A program made the translations under genes and the position numbers. Shown one piece after another: positions 19,641-32,725 of a stretch of 64,000 bases of DNA. Numbering within the stretch: the first letter of the stretch is position 1; each line of letters opens with the position of its first letter. Below the pieces are notes generated by a model that saw nothing but the letters and a program-made list of their open reading frames with translations, searched no databases and had not been told where the DNA came from. The stretch covers positions 324,484 through 388,483 of the forward strand of contig JADJGZ010000001.1 in assembly GCA_016707785.1 (NCBI GenBank). The letters are read 5' to 3'. Source of the stretch: Bacteroidales bacterium. GTDB lineage: Bacteria > Bacteroidota > Bacteroidia > Bacteroidales > UBA4417.

Positions 19641-21950
19641 ATGAAACAACTTTTTACCCTAATTGCAGGTATTCTCCTGATCATAAATGTTTCTGCACAG
19701 GATAATTCCAGGAACCTGGAGAGTGCCAACCAACAACTAGATAGCCGTGGAGAAGTCTATTTTCAGTTTAACCTTGAAGACAGGCAAGATATTGGATTGA
19801 TTTCAAGGATGATATCTGTAGATAAAATTACAGGGAATCAGGTCATTGCATATGCCAATAAAAAAGAGTTTCAGAAATTCCTGGAATACACATCGGAGTT
19901 TGAGACACTTTTGCCTCCTTCACTTTCAGTTTATGCCGAGATGTCTGATGATCCAAAACAGGTACTGGACTGGAATTATTATCCTACCTATACTGCCTAT
20001 GAAACAATTATGTCGGATTTTGCAGCCAATAACCCCGATATATGCCGTTTGATCACCATAACCACACTAAGCAGTGGTCGTAAAATTCAGGCTTTAAAAA
20101 TCACAGATAACCCTGACATTCAAGAAAATGAACCGGAATTTTTATACACCTCTTCCATTCACGGGGATGAAACAACCGGATATATCCTGATGCTTCACCT
20201 TATCGATTATCTCCTCACCAACTACACCACTGATCCGCGGATCACAGAGATGATCAACAATACTGAAATTTATATTAACCCGCTCGCTAATCCTGATGGA
20301 ACCTATAAAGGTGGTAATGGTTCTGTAAATGGAGCTACCCGGGGCAATGCCAATAATGTTGATCTCAACAGGAATTATGCAGACCCTGCTGCAGGCCCAC
20401 ATCCTGATGGTAACCCATGGCAACCTGAAACTATTGCCTTTATGAATTTCGCAGGATTTCACCACTTTGTCATGTCTGCAAATTTCCACGGGGGTGCTGA
20501 AGTGCTCAATTATCCCTGGGATACCTGGTCACGTCTTGCCGCAGATAATGACTGGTGGGTACATGTATGCCGGGAATATGCTGATACCGTTCATGCTCAT
20601 GCCCCATCAAATTACTTAAGAGATTTTGATAATGGGATTACCAATGGTTATGCCTGGTATACCATTACCGGCGGACGGCAGGATTACATGAATTTCTTCA
20701 GGAATTGCAGGGAAGTTACTATGGAAATTTCTAACACTAAGCTGCTGCCTGCCAATCAATTGATTAATCATTGGAATTATAACTACCGTTCACTCCTCAA
20801 TTATATTGAACAATGCAATTATGGCCTTCACGGAGTAGTTTCTGATTCAATTACTGGTGCTCCTTTAAATGCGAGGGTTTTTATTTCCGGACATGACCAG
20901 GATAGTTCACATGTTTTTACTGATCCCACAGTGGGTGATTACCATCGATTATTAAAAGCAGGTCAATATAATGTTACTTTTTCTGCTGCAGGTCATTATC
21001 CCAAAACCATAACTGTTCAGATTACAGATTTCCAGAAACTTGATCTCAATGTTCAGTTGTATGATGGTAAACTTCACACCAACTTCACCAGTGATGTGAA
21101 TTATGTGCAGATAGGATCATCTGTTCATTTCCAGGATCAATCAGCAGGGAGTCCGGATAGTTGGAGATGGGAATTTGAGGGAGGCACACCTTCATCCTCA
21201 ATTGACCAGAATCCTGCCATCGTTTATAATGAAATCGGGAATTTCAATGTAAAACTTGTCATCAGCAGGACCGGAAGTAATGACTCACTGGTTAAAGAAG
21301 GTTATATTTCAGTCAAGGAAGGTTTAAATATTGGAAATCAATCAGCTACTATCTGTGACGCATTGTTTTTTGATTCCGGCGGAGCATCAACTGCATATTC
21401 AAATAATGAATCAACTGTGATGACAATATCTCCTACAGGACAAAATAATAAGCTAAAGGCCAGTTTTATAAGGTTCAACCTTGAAGATTCGCAGGACTGT
21501 TTAAATGACTGGTTAAAGGTTTATGACGGAACCACAACTTCATCAGCCCTGATAGGTACCTACTGCGGTAATCAGCTCCCTGCTGATATTCAATCGACTA
21601 ACATACTGGGTGCTCTTACTTTTGAATTCCATTCTAATAATGAGATCACCGCAGAAGGATGGACAATTTTACTTGAATGTGACTCAAATGTTGGAATTGA
21701 AGAAAAAACAACCACCAATATCAAGGTCTATCCCAATCCTGTTACAGATGGTTTTTTTGAAGTTCAGGCAAACAACCCTATTGAAAACATAACTATGTTT
21801 GATGCCCAGGGGCGCAGGGTAAGTTATTCAGAGCCCAACCACAATATTGTACGAGTTTCCACTAAGGTTTCGAATGGCATTTACGTGCTGAAAATCAGAA
21901 TACAAGGCAAAGAATATTCTCAAAAGATCATCATTTCTCAGCCTCAATAA
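19641..21950 (+). CDS. M14 zinc carboxypeptidase with PKD, CUB-like and type-A T9SS sorting domains
   Basis: SSIHGDETTG, NPDG and ANFHGG are M14 motifs. A PKD-like segment reads VHFQDQS...WRWEFEGGTP...GNFNVKLV. A CUB-like segment reads CLNDWLKVYDGTTTSSALIGTYCG...LTFEFHSNNEITAEGW. The C-terminal domain reads KVYPNPV...GIYVLKIRI. Confidence 0.85.
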   Translation: MKQLFTLIAGILLIINVSAQDNSRNLESANQQLDSRGEVYFQFNLEDRQDIGLISRMISVDKITGNQVIAYANKKEFQKFLEYTSEFETLLPPSLSVYAEMSDDPKQVLDWNYYPTYTAYETIMSDFAANNPDICRLITITTLSSGRKIQALKITDNPDIQENEPEFLYTSSIHGDETTGYILMLHLIDYLLTNYTTDPRITEMINNTEIYINPLANPDGTYKGGNGSVNGATRGNANNVDLNRNYADPAAGPHPDGNPWQPETIAFMNFAGFHHFVMSANFHGGAEVLNYPWDTWSRLAADNDWWVHVCREYADTVHAHAPSNYLRDFDNGITNGYAWYTITGGRQDYMNFFRNCREVTMEISNTKLLPANQLINHWNYNYRSLLNYIEQCNYGLHGVVSDSITGAPLNARVFISGHDQDSSHVFTDPTVGDYHRLLKAGQYNVTFSAAGHYPKTITVQITDFQKLDLNVQLYDGKLHTNFTSDVNYVQIGSSVHFQDQSAGSPDSWRWEFEGGTPSSSIDQNPAIVYNEIGNFNVKLVISRTGSNDSLVKEGYISVKEGLNIGNQSATICDALFFDSGGASTAYSNNESTVMTISPTGQNNKLKASFIRFNLEDSQDCLNDWLKVYDGTTTSSALIGTYCGNQLPADIQSTNILGALTFEFHSNNEITAEGWTILLECDSNVGIEEKTTTNIKVYPNPVTDGFFEVQANNPIENITMFDAQGRRVSYSEPNHNIVRVSTKVSNGIYVLKIRIQGKEYSQKIIISQPQ

Positions 21951-21964
21951 ATTCTTCAAAACAT

Positions 21965-22003
21965 AAACAGTAAGAGCAGGCTCAAGGCCTGCTCTTACTG
22001 TTT
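21965..22003. terminator. Bidirectional terminator hairpin
   Basis: 17-bp perfect stem aaacagtaagagcaggc / gcctgctcttactgttt with a 5-nt loop, between convergent genes. Confidence 0.8.
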
Positions 22004-22022
22004 ATGGACTAGTTTGAAACCT

Positions 22023-22919
22023 TTATTTCTTAATCACCAACTTTCGTGTTTGTGCAGCAAACGAAGCATGCATACTGAGAAAATAGAGTCCATTATGTAT
22101 TCTTGCTGAGGAAAGATCCAGCATAACGGTATTCGATCCCGGAGCAACATCAAACTGATACTCTGCTACCCGATTACCGATATTGTCATTTAATATAAAG
22201 TTTACCTGGTCACCTTTAGGACTATAGAAAGATACTTTCACAAATTGCGATGCCGGGTTAGGGAAAACATTAACCTCTAATTTTGTTGTTAATGGTTCAA
22301 CTGATGTAACAGTACCATCGAAAGCCAGATCGTCCAGCCATATAAAGCTATTCTTTACCGGATTTGAAGAGCTGGATGAGATCATAATGACAACAGAATC
22401 AGGAATTGCCGCGGATCGATATGTGAATGGAAAGTTAAAATCACCCCAGGAATGAAGCATTCCACTGGTATTTCCCGATAGTATTGCAATGGTATCGCGC
22501 TGATGAACGGACGTATTCCATTTGGTTAACCAGCCACTAAACGTTGCAACATCAGTTCCATATCCCATGAACTGCCATTTTCCCTTTAGTTTTTCCGGTC
22601 TGCCTGTAAATGGAATACCCGATTTTGGTTTGAGGGTAGCTTCATCCAGCATTCCACTGACAATTATGCCAGGTGTAATGGTTCCAGCTACATCCTTGGT
22701 CATAAGCTTTACAAAAGCTGCACCTGAAGCTGGTCCGGAAACGCCTTTGGTAATAGTATAAACTCCAGAACCAGAAGTAGATGCGTTCATATTCCCCCAA
22801 AAATCAGGTGTTTCAAAGCTTCCTACTGTTGTCCAATTCTCAAAACCTGGATTGGGTAGTTGCGCTGAAATTGAGAGAGCAAGTCCAAATGTCAGAAAAA
22901 ATAAATAGATCTTTTTCAT
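22023..22919 (-). CDS. PCMD-like secreted protein with type-A T9SS sorting domain
   Basis: Signal peptide, then NPGFENW...GIPFTGRPEKLKGKWQF, which follows the pattern of the putative carbohydrate metabolism domain. The C-terminal domain reads VNVFPNPASQ...GLYFLSMH. Confidence 0.6.
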   Translation of the reverse strand: MKKIYLFFLTFGLALSISAQLPNPGFENWTTVGSFETPDFWGNMNASTSGSGVYTITKGVSGPASGAAFVKLMTKDVAGTITPGIIVSGMLDEATLKPKSGIPFTGRPEKLKGKWQFMGYGTDVATFSGWLTKWNTSVHQRDTIAILSGNTSGMLHSWGDFNFPFTYRSAAIPDSVVIMISSSSSNPVKNSFIWLDDLAFDGTVTSVEPLTTKLEVNVFPNPASQFVKVSFYSPKGDQVNFILNDNIGNRVAEYQFDVAPGSNTVMLDLSSARIHNGLYFLSMHASFAAQTRKLVIKK

Positions 22920-23026
22920 AGTATCCGGGATTAAAAATCCTTTATCAATAACAACTATTGCACCATTATGACTTATAGAACAGCAAAAAAAGATTAAAAT
23001 CTGTTAAAGCTATTTTGAATGATGAA

Positions 23027-25240
23027 TCAGTTGTATCTCAGGTAATCAGAAATCATGGGCAATTCTTCTTCATTAACACCATTCATCAAAAGGAATTCAG
23101 AATCCGATGCCAGGATTTCATTAAATCGGGCAAAGCTAATTTCATCCCCTGCGACTGACTGTCGGTAATACTCCATCGCCCTGGATTTATTTTCCAAACA
23201 CAACTCAATATGGCCGGCATTTATGAAGTCATGAGCAGATGGTTCATCAAGAAGAACCTGGTTCGAATAGTTCTGTGCCAGTTCGAGTTTATTTAAAACC
23301 AGGCAGCACCAACTAATAGGTCGCAGAATTTTCTTATTGTCAGGTGAAAGAAATTCAACCCTGAAATAATGATCCAGGGCTTCATTAAATTGCTTTTCAT
23401 CGAGCAGGCAATTTCCGGCCATAGTGTGCAGGTAAATATCATCCTGAGCTATTAGGAGAGCATCCTGACACCATTTCAATGCAGAGAGATTATCATTCAA
23501 TTTCCGATAGCAAAATATGATCTTTTTAACACTCCATAATCGGTTAGTCTCGTATATTTCGGCCTTTTTATAATATTTTAATGCATTTTGATAATCACCC
23601 AGCAATTGGTAGCAATAGGCAAGTTTTTCAATCACAGCCTGCTCAGGGTTCTGAATAGTGGAAAGATATTCAAAAATATGAATGGCTTCCTTGTAATGTT
23701 CCTTTTCGAAAAGGAAATGACCCGCCTTTTTTAATACCTCTGGAGAATCTTTGATCAGGTTAAAGAGTCCCGATCCCTGAATATCCCAATCCAGGGCGAA
23801 AATATCCCTGAAATCATTTCTGAAGGGATGCAGTTTGAAGAAGCGGTAAAGATCCTGAATATACTGAGTGAAAATATAATTCTCCCTTTCAGGCTTATGC
23901 AGTATTTTATCCTCCAGACTGATTTCATGAAGACTCTCAGCCTCTAAATTAAAGAGCCCCATAAGATTCTTGCTATGTTCTTCTGGCAGGTGTCCTACAT
24001 TAAGACAAAATGAATATTTATCAGAATTGCACATGTAAAATGATTCTTCCATTCCGGTAAGGAACCGTTCTCGTTGAACAGGATCACCCTGGATCGATTC
24101 GATAGCAGTATCATTTTCCTTATAAAAAGGCCTGAACCAGTTAGACAGCTCACGGAAAAAATCAAAATTCTTAAGCATTGCAAAAGTGCCCATGAACAGG
24201 TCTAACCCTTCCATCTGCATTTCAGACATTTTCTCGATTTTACCCAATAAATCTGGACTATCTTCGAAAATTTTCTCCCAGTCAGGATTTTTATCTTCAA
24301 TTAAATCATTAGCTAAAAGGTTGTCAAGATCAAGTTTTTCTTTAATCTTTGATTCAAATTTCTGGACATCAGGAAGAATTTCATCTTTGAACCGGGTGGT
24401 AAGTTTTTCCGTTTCCCTGGCTTTGAGAATCTGGATCAACACCATTTGGATGTGCTGAAAAAAGGACTCTTCCTGAATACATTCCCCCAATTTTTCCTTA
24501 ATGGCCGGATATAGTTCAATTCGGTGCCCATACAAATAAATAGCTATTACCAAGCCTGTTAAAGCCCTTTGCCATACCTGGTCCTGCTGGTCATTGTAGA
24601 AATCAATCAATACCAGGAATTTTTCTTTATCAAAGCAGTTTAAAAGGCTTAAAGTCAAAGCACTAACTGCCAAACTTTTTTCATACCAGGGCAACTCATC
24701 TGTTTTCCTGATAGTTGCCAGCAGACGAAGATCAGTATCTACATATTTATCTGTAAGCCAGATCAACTGAAATAAGCGGGGAGAAATGTGAGGAACAGTG
24801 GAATCTATTTCTTCTCCTTCTACATCGGTTTCATGCAGCAGCCTGGCTAATTCCTTATCAAAGTGCAAAGAATCCAGCTTTCTGGCAGCTTCTTCCTTTG
24901 CCATTTCCTTTTCTTTCTCAAGGACTGATTTTAATGAGTAGATATGCATCCCGGTATTGGAGAGTGCTTTCTGCTGAATCAAATCAGTGAGTTCTAAAAT
25001 AGAGACCCTTAAAGATTGATAAATTTTATTTCGCTGAGGATCCGGAACACTCCTGAATGTGTATTCAAGGAGCATCCTGTAGGTTTGATCCAGGTTCTCA
25101 TACTGCAATGTATGATCAGCAATATGAATGCCTTCCATTAGGGAAGAGAGCTTAATCAAAGCCTCTTTCAATCGGTTCAAATGAACGAGTGAGTGGATAT
25201 CAGAACTGAGTTTTTCTATTTCCTTTTTGCTGCGCATCAT
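23027..25240 (-). CDS. TPR-repeat protein
   Basis: 737-aa ORF. The C-terminal roughly 250 aa contain tandem TPR-like repeats (A..YY.KA...). The N-terminal two thirds are unassigned. Confidence 0.65.
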   Translation of the reverse strand: MMRSKKEIEKLSSDIHSLVHLNRLKEALIKLSSLMEGIHIADHTLQYENLDQTYRMLLEYTFRSVPDPQRNKIYQSLRVSILELTDLIQQKALSNTGMHIYSLKSVLEKEKEMAKEEAARKLDSLHFDKELARLLHETDVEGEEIDSTVPHISPRLFQLIWLTDKYVDTDLRLLATIRKTDELPWYEKSLAVSALTLSLLNCFDKEKFLVLIDFYNDQQDQVWQRALTGLVIAIYLYGHRIELYPAIKEKLGECIQEESFFQHIQMVLIQILKARETEKLTTRFKDEILPDVQKFESKIKEKLDLDNLLANDLIEDKNPDWEKIFEDSPDLLGKIEKMSEMQMEGLDLFMGTFAMLKNFDFFRELSNWFRPFYKENDTAIESIQGDPVQRERFLTGMEESFYMCNSDKYSFCLNVGHLPEEHSKNLMGLFNLEAESLHEISLEDKILHKPERENYIFTQYIQDLYRFFKLHPFRNDFRDIFALDWDIQGSGLFNLIKDSPEVLKKAGHFLFEKEHYKEAIHIFEYLSTIQNPEQAVIEKLAYCYQLLGDYQNALKYYKKAEIYETNRLWSVKKIIFCYRKLNDNLSALKWCQDALLIAQDDIYLHTMAGNCLLDEKQFNEALDHYFRVEFLSPDNKKILRPISWCCLVLNKLELAQNYSNQVLLDEPSAHDFINAGHIELCLENKSRAMEYYRQSVAGDEISFARFNEILASDSEFLLMNGVNEEELPMISDYLRYN

Positions 25241-25291
25241 CTATAAGTTTTGTGTGCATCAACTCAGTCAGAAAGAGTAAATGAAAGGAAA

Positions 25292-28881
<3,590 letters not shown>

Positions 28882-29066
28882 AAAAACAGCTTAAAATGAT
28901 AAGTTAACAGAGATATAAAATTACGAATAGATGTGATCCCTATTGATCTTCACCTAATTTGCGTAAAAATTACCCGCAATGCAAAAGTGGGGAAAGTTTT
29001 AATAATTTGTGTCCCGAAATCGCATTTCAAGTATTTTCGTTGCTCATAAACTCAATCTAAAGCCAG

Positions 29067-31109
29067 ATGAAGAAGCTATTTCTAATTGCCCTGTCTGCAT
29101 TAATTTTTCTACATACTGAAGCTCAGCAAAGTATGACCCCTGAAAGGTTTACACCAGAGTTCCTGTGGAAACTAGGCAGGGTTAGTGAACCACAACTATC
29201 CCCGGATGGAAAAAATGTGATGTATGGCATTACACGTTATGATCTGGCTGAAAACAAAGGGAACCGCGATCTTTTCCTGATTCCGGTTACCGGAGGTGAC
29301 AGCAGGAATATTACCTCATCGAAAGGAAGTGAATATAATGGGGTTTATAAACCTGATGGAACAAAGATTGCTTATTTAGCCTCCAAAAATGGATCCATGC
29401 AAATATTTGAAGCCAACCCTGATGGCAGTGGTGTGATTCAAATATCAGATGTTAATGGTGATATTACAGGATTTTCCTATTCACCTTCAGGAAATGCAAT
29501 TCTATATACACTTCGGGTGAAACTGGATCAATCTGTTATTGATATGTATCCTGATCTGCCTAAAGCAAATGCCAGGATTGAAACAGATCTGATGTACAGG
29601 CATTGGGATTCGTGGAGTGATTATTCTTACAGTCATATTTTCATTGCCTCTATTGTACAGGGTAAAATGGCAGCAGGAGTTGATATTATGCAAGGAGAGC
29701 GATTCGACTCCCCGATGCTTCCCTGGGGAGGTATGGAACAAATTGCCTGGAACCCGGAAGGAACCATGGTTGCTTATACCTGTAAGAAGATGGTAGGGAA
29801 GGATTATTCCCTCAGCACTAACTCAGATATCTTTCTGTATGATATTGCCAGGCAAAATGTTCGAAATATCAGTGCCGGGAATATGGGATATGACCAGGAC
29901 CCTGTTTTTTCACCTGATGGTCGGAAAATCGTATGGAGATCCATGGAAAGGGATGGTTTTGAAGCAGATAAGGATAGGATAATGATTTACCAGACTGAGA
30001 ATGGTAAATATGAGGATTACTCGGTTCATTTCGATCAAAGTTCGAGCAACTTTGTATGGTCGTCAGATAGCAGGTCACTCTATTTCCTTAGCGGGCATCA
30101 TGGGACCACCCAAATCTATACATTGAATCTTTCAAATAAAAATATTAAACCCCTCACTGAAGGGATGCACGATTACCTGTCAATACTCCTCGCCGGGAAA
30201 GATATCATTGGAGCACGCCAATCCATGCTTGCCCCTGCAGAACTCTTTAAAATAGATGCCAGCGGAACGGAAAAGCAGTTGACTTTCACCAATACAGATT
30301 TATTAAAAACGGTCCGCTCTGCTACAGTGGAAGGACGTTGGATTACCACTACCGACAATAAAAAAATGTTGGTTTGGATCATCTATCCCCCTGATTTCAA
30401 TCCCAACAGAAAATATCCCACACTGCTCTTCTGTGAAGGAGGTCCTCAAACGATGGTGAGCCAGTTCTTCTCCTACAGATGGAATTTCCAGCTAATGGCT
30501 GCCAATGATTTTATTATTGTTGCCCCTAACAGAAGAGGTTTACCAGGGTTCGGACAGGAATGGAATGATCAGATCAGCGGTGATTATGGAGGTCAGAATA
30601 TGAAAGACTATCTTGTGGCTATTGATTCACTTTCGAATGAACCATTTGTTGACAAACAAAAACTAGGTGCTGTAGGAGCTAGTTATGGCGGATTCTCAGT
30701 GCTTTGGTTAGCAGGACATCATGAAAAGCGATTTAAAGCATTTATCTCTCATTGCGGAATGTTTAACCTGGAAGATCAGTATCTTACCACTGAAGAGATG
30801 TGGTTTGTCAATTGGGATCTTGGTGGACCCTACTGGGAAAAGAATAATCCCAAAGTTGCTCATTCCTATGCCAATTCACCGCACAATTTTGTTGATAAAT
30901 GGGATACTCCAATTCTTATCATTGAGGGAGAAAATGATTACCGTATCCCTTTTACCCAAGGAATGGCGGCTTTCAATGCAGCACAATTAAGAGGGATTCC
31001 TTCGAAATACCTGCATTTCCCGGAAGAGAATCATTGGGTATTGAAACCCCAGAATTCGGTATTATGGCAAAGAGAGTTCTTTAACTGGCTCAATAAATGG
31101 CTTAGATAA
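29067..31109 (+). CDS. S9-family serine peptidase (beta-propeller plus alpha/beta hydrolase)
   Basis: 680-aa ORF with a signal peptide, the nucleophile elbow GASYGG, the Asp context GENDYRIP and the His context EENHW. Confidence 0.88.
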   Translation: MKKLFLIALSALIFLHTEAQQSMTPERFTPEFLWKLGRVSEPQLSPDGKNVMYGITRYDLAENKGNRDLFLIPVTGGDSRNITSSKGSEYNGVYKPDGTKIAYLASKNGSMQIFEANPDGSGVIQISDVNGDITGFSYSPSGNAILYTLRVKLDQSVIDMYPDLPKANARIETDLMYRHWDSWSDYSYSHIFIASIVQGKMAAGVDIMQGERFDSPMLPWGGMEQIAWNPEGTMVAYTCKKMVGKDYSLSTNSDIFLYDIARQNVRNISAGNMGYDQDPVFSPDGRKIVWRSMERDGFEADKDRIMIYQTENGKYEDYSVHFDQSSSNFVWSSDSRSLYFLSGHHGTTQIYTLNLSNKNIKPLTEGMHDYLSILLAGKDIIGARQSMLAPAELFKIDASGTEKQLTFTNTDLLKTVRSATVEGRWITTTDNKKMLVWIIYPPDFNPNRKYPTLLFCEGGPQTMVSQFFSYRWNFQLMAANDFIIVAPNRRGLPGFGQEWNDQISGDYGGQNMKDYLVAIDSLSNEPFVDKQKLGAVGASYGGFSVLWLAGHHEKRFKAFISHCGMFNLEDQYLTTEEMWFVNWDLGGPYWEKNNPKVAHSYANSPHNFVDKWDTPILIIEGENDYRIPFTQGMAAFNAAQLRGIPSKYLHFPEENHWVLKPQNSVLWQREFFNWLNKWLR

Positions 31110-31135
31110 TCTACCAATATTACCGGTTAATATCT

Positions 31136-32041
31136 TTATTGTACTCCCAGATTATTGAGTAGTTCCATTACTTCCTTAATTTGGGAGGGTTCAAACCAAT
31201 GATAATCCGGATCTTTCCTGAACCATGTTAACTGGCGTTTGGCATAGCGCCTGGAATGTGTTTTAATATCCAGCACCGCTTGTTCCAGGGTGGATTTATG
31301 ATCCAAATAATCAAATAGCTCCTTATATCCCACTGTATTCAAAGCATTCAACTGCTGGTATTGTTTCAGACTTTTTACTTCATCCAGCAATCCCATTTGC
31401 ATCATTACATCCACCCGATGATTGATGCGCTCAAATAGCTGTAACCTTGGCAGGTTTAAGCCAATTTTAATGATATTAAAAGATCTTGTTTTGGATTGAT
31501 TTAGCCGTTGTTCAGAATAAGGAACTGAAGTTTCTATGCAGACTTCCAATGCTCTTAGGATACGGTTTGGATTTGAAAGATCAACCTGCTGATAATAAGC
31601 AGGATCGTATTTCTGCAATAATTCCCTGAGTCCTTCAATTCCTTTATCTGCCAGAACCTTCTTCAGATCATGACGAATTTGAGGATCCGGGTCTGGAAAC
31701 TCATCTACACCATTACAAACAGCATCAATATATAAACCTGATCCCCCTACCAGGAGGACTACTTTTTTATTGACAAATAATTCTTTCAGGATCGAAAGAC
31801 AATCCTGTTCAAACCTGGAAATATTGTAGTAATCATTAACAGAGAGGTGGCCAACAAAAAAATGCTTAATGGCTGCTAATTCACTTTCAGAAGGTTTAGC
31901 AGTACCTATATTAAGTTCTTGATAAAATTGCCGGCTATCCGCTGAAATAATGACTGCATCAAGACTTTTAGCAAGTTCGATGGCAAAAGCAGTTTTGCCC
32001 ACTGCAGTAGGGCCTGCGATAACAAGAAGTGTGGTCAGCAT
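31136..32041 (-). CDS. miaA: tRNA dimethylallyltransferase
   Basis: 301-aa ORF with P-loop GPTAVGKT and DSRQFY. Confidence 0.92.
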   Translation of the reverse strand: MLTTLLVIAGPTAVGKTAFAIELAKSLDAVIISADSRQFYQELNIGTAKPSESELAAIKHFFVGHLSVNDYYNISRFEQDCLSILKELFVNKKVVLLVGGSGLYIDAVCNGVDEFPDPDPQIRHDLKKVLADKGIEGLRELLQKYDPAYYQQVDLSNPNRILRALEVCIETSVPYSEQRLNQSKTRSFNIIKIGLNLPRLQLFERINHRVDVMMQMGLLDEVKSLKQYQQLNALNTVGYKELFDYLDHKSTLEQAVLDIKTHSRRYAKRQLTWFRKDPDYHWFEPSQIKEVMELLNNLGVQ

Positions 32042-32085
32042 CTGAAATCAGATATTAGAAGATGCTGTGAATGACTTTAATAATT

Positions 32086-32676
32086 CTACCATTCCGGTTC
32101 TGTAGAGAAATTTTCATCAACTTCCTCTTCCATATCACCATCTTTGATAAGATCGTTAAGTTCGCTCAGCATTGCTTCTTCGTCGGGATCGTCGAGGAAG
32201 GACTCATAATTGGGTATAACCATTGCGGCGAGGGTACCTTCCTGTTTTACGCAGAGAGGATAAACCTTTTTCTCATCGGCATCGAGTATCCGGATGAGTT
32301 CAATGAAAAAAGTACGCGGATTGAGAAAATCATACTCATAAAGTAGTCTCTGGTGAGGATCTTCAATGATATCCCTGATTTTTACATCATCCATTACCAT
32401 CACCGGAATATGATTCTTTACCGGTGCATCTTCATCATATTCATCGATTGTTTGCGGGGCATCTGCTTCAGCAAGCATGTTGATGAGAGTGATTTCTTTA
32501 CTTTTATTCCATTTTCGGTCACAAACAAAGAAAGATGCGAGTTCTTGTCCTTCAATTCCAACAGATTTCTGGACAATTTCGTGAAACTCCTTAAATGTTT
32601 GACCAGGCTTGATCTCAATATCTCTTAGGAAATCTTCCTGATCATCGTACAACAGCCTGAATCGGTAAGCTTGCAT
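32086..32676 (-). CDS. pRiA4b ORF-3-like (MM3350-like) domain protein with acidic C-terminus
   Basis: 196-aa ORF. YRFRLLYDDQEDFLRDIEIKPGQTFKEFHEIVQ and YEYDFLNPRTFFIEL resemble the family that annotation pipelines label 'IS1096 element passenger TnpR'. No IS is adjacent. Confidence 0.5.
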   Translation of the reverse strand: MQAYRFRLLYDDQEDFLRDIEIKPGQTFKEFHEIVQKSVGIEGQELASFFVCDRKWNKSKEITLINMLAEADAPQTIDEYDEDAPVKNHIPVMVMDDVKIRDIIEDPHQRLLYEYDFLNPRTFFIELIRILDADEKKVYPLCVKQEGTLAAMVIPNYESFLDDPDEEAMLSELNDLIKDGDMEEEVDENFSTEPEW

Positions 32677-32725
32677 AGTGTGTTGGTGGTTTAAATCAGA
32701 CGTAAAGTTACAAAAAAATACAAAA

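Noticed and set aside
32071-32628. Two plus-strand 91-aa ORFs antisense to the MM3350-like gene.
   Set aside because: Their Phe/Ile-rich composition is what is expected from reading an Asp/Glu/Lys-rich gene backwards. The equal length is coincidental.
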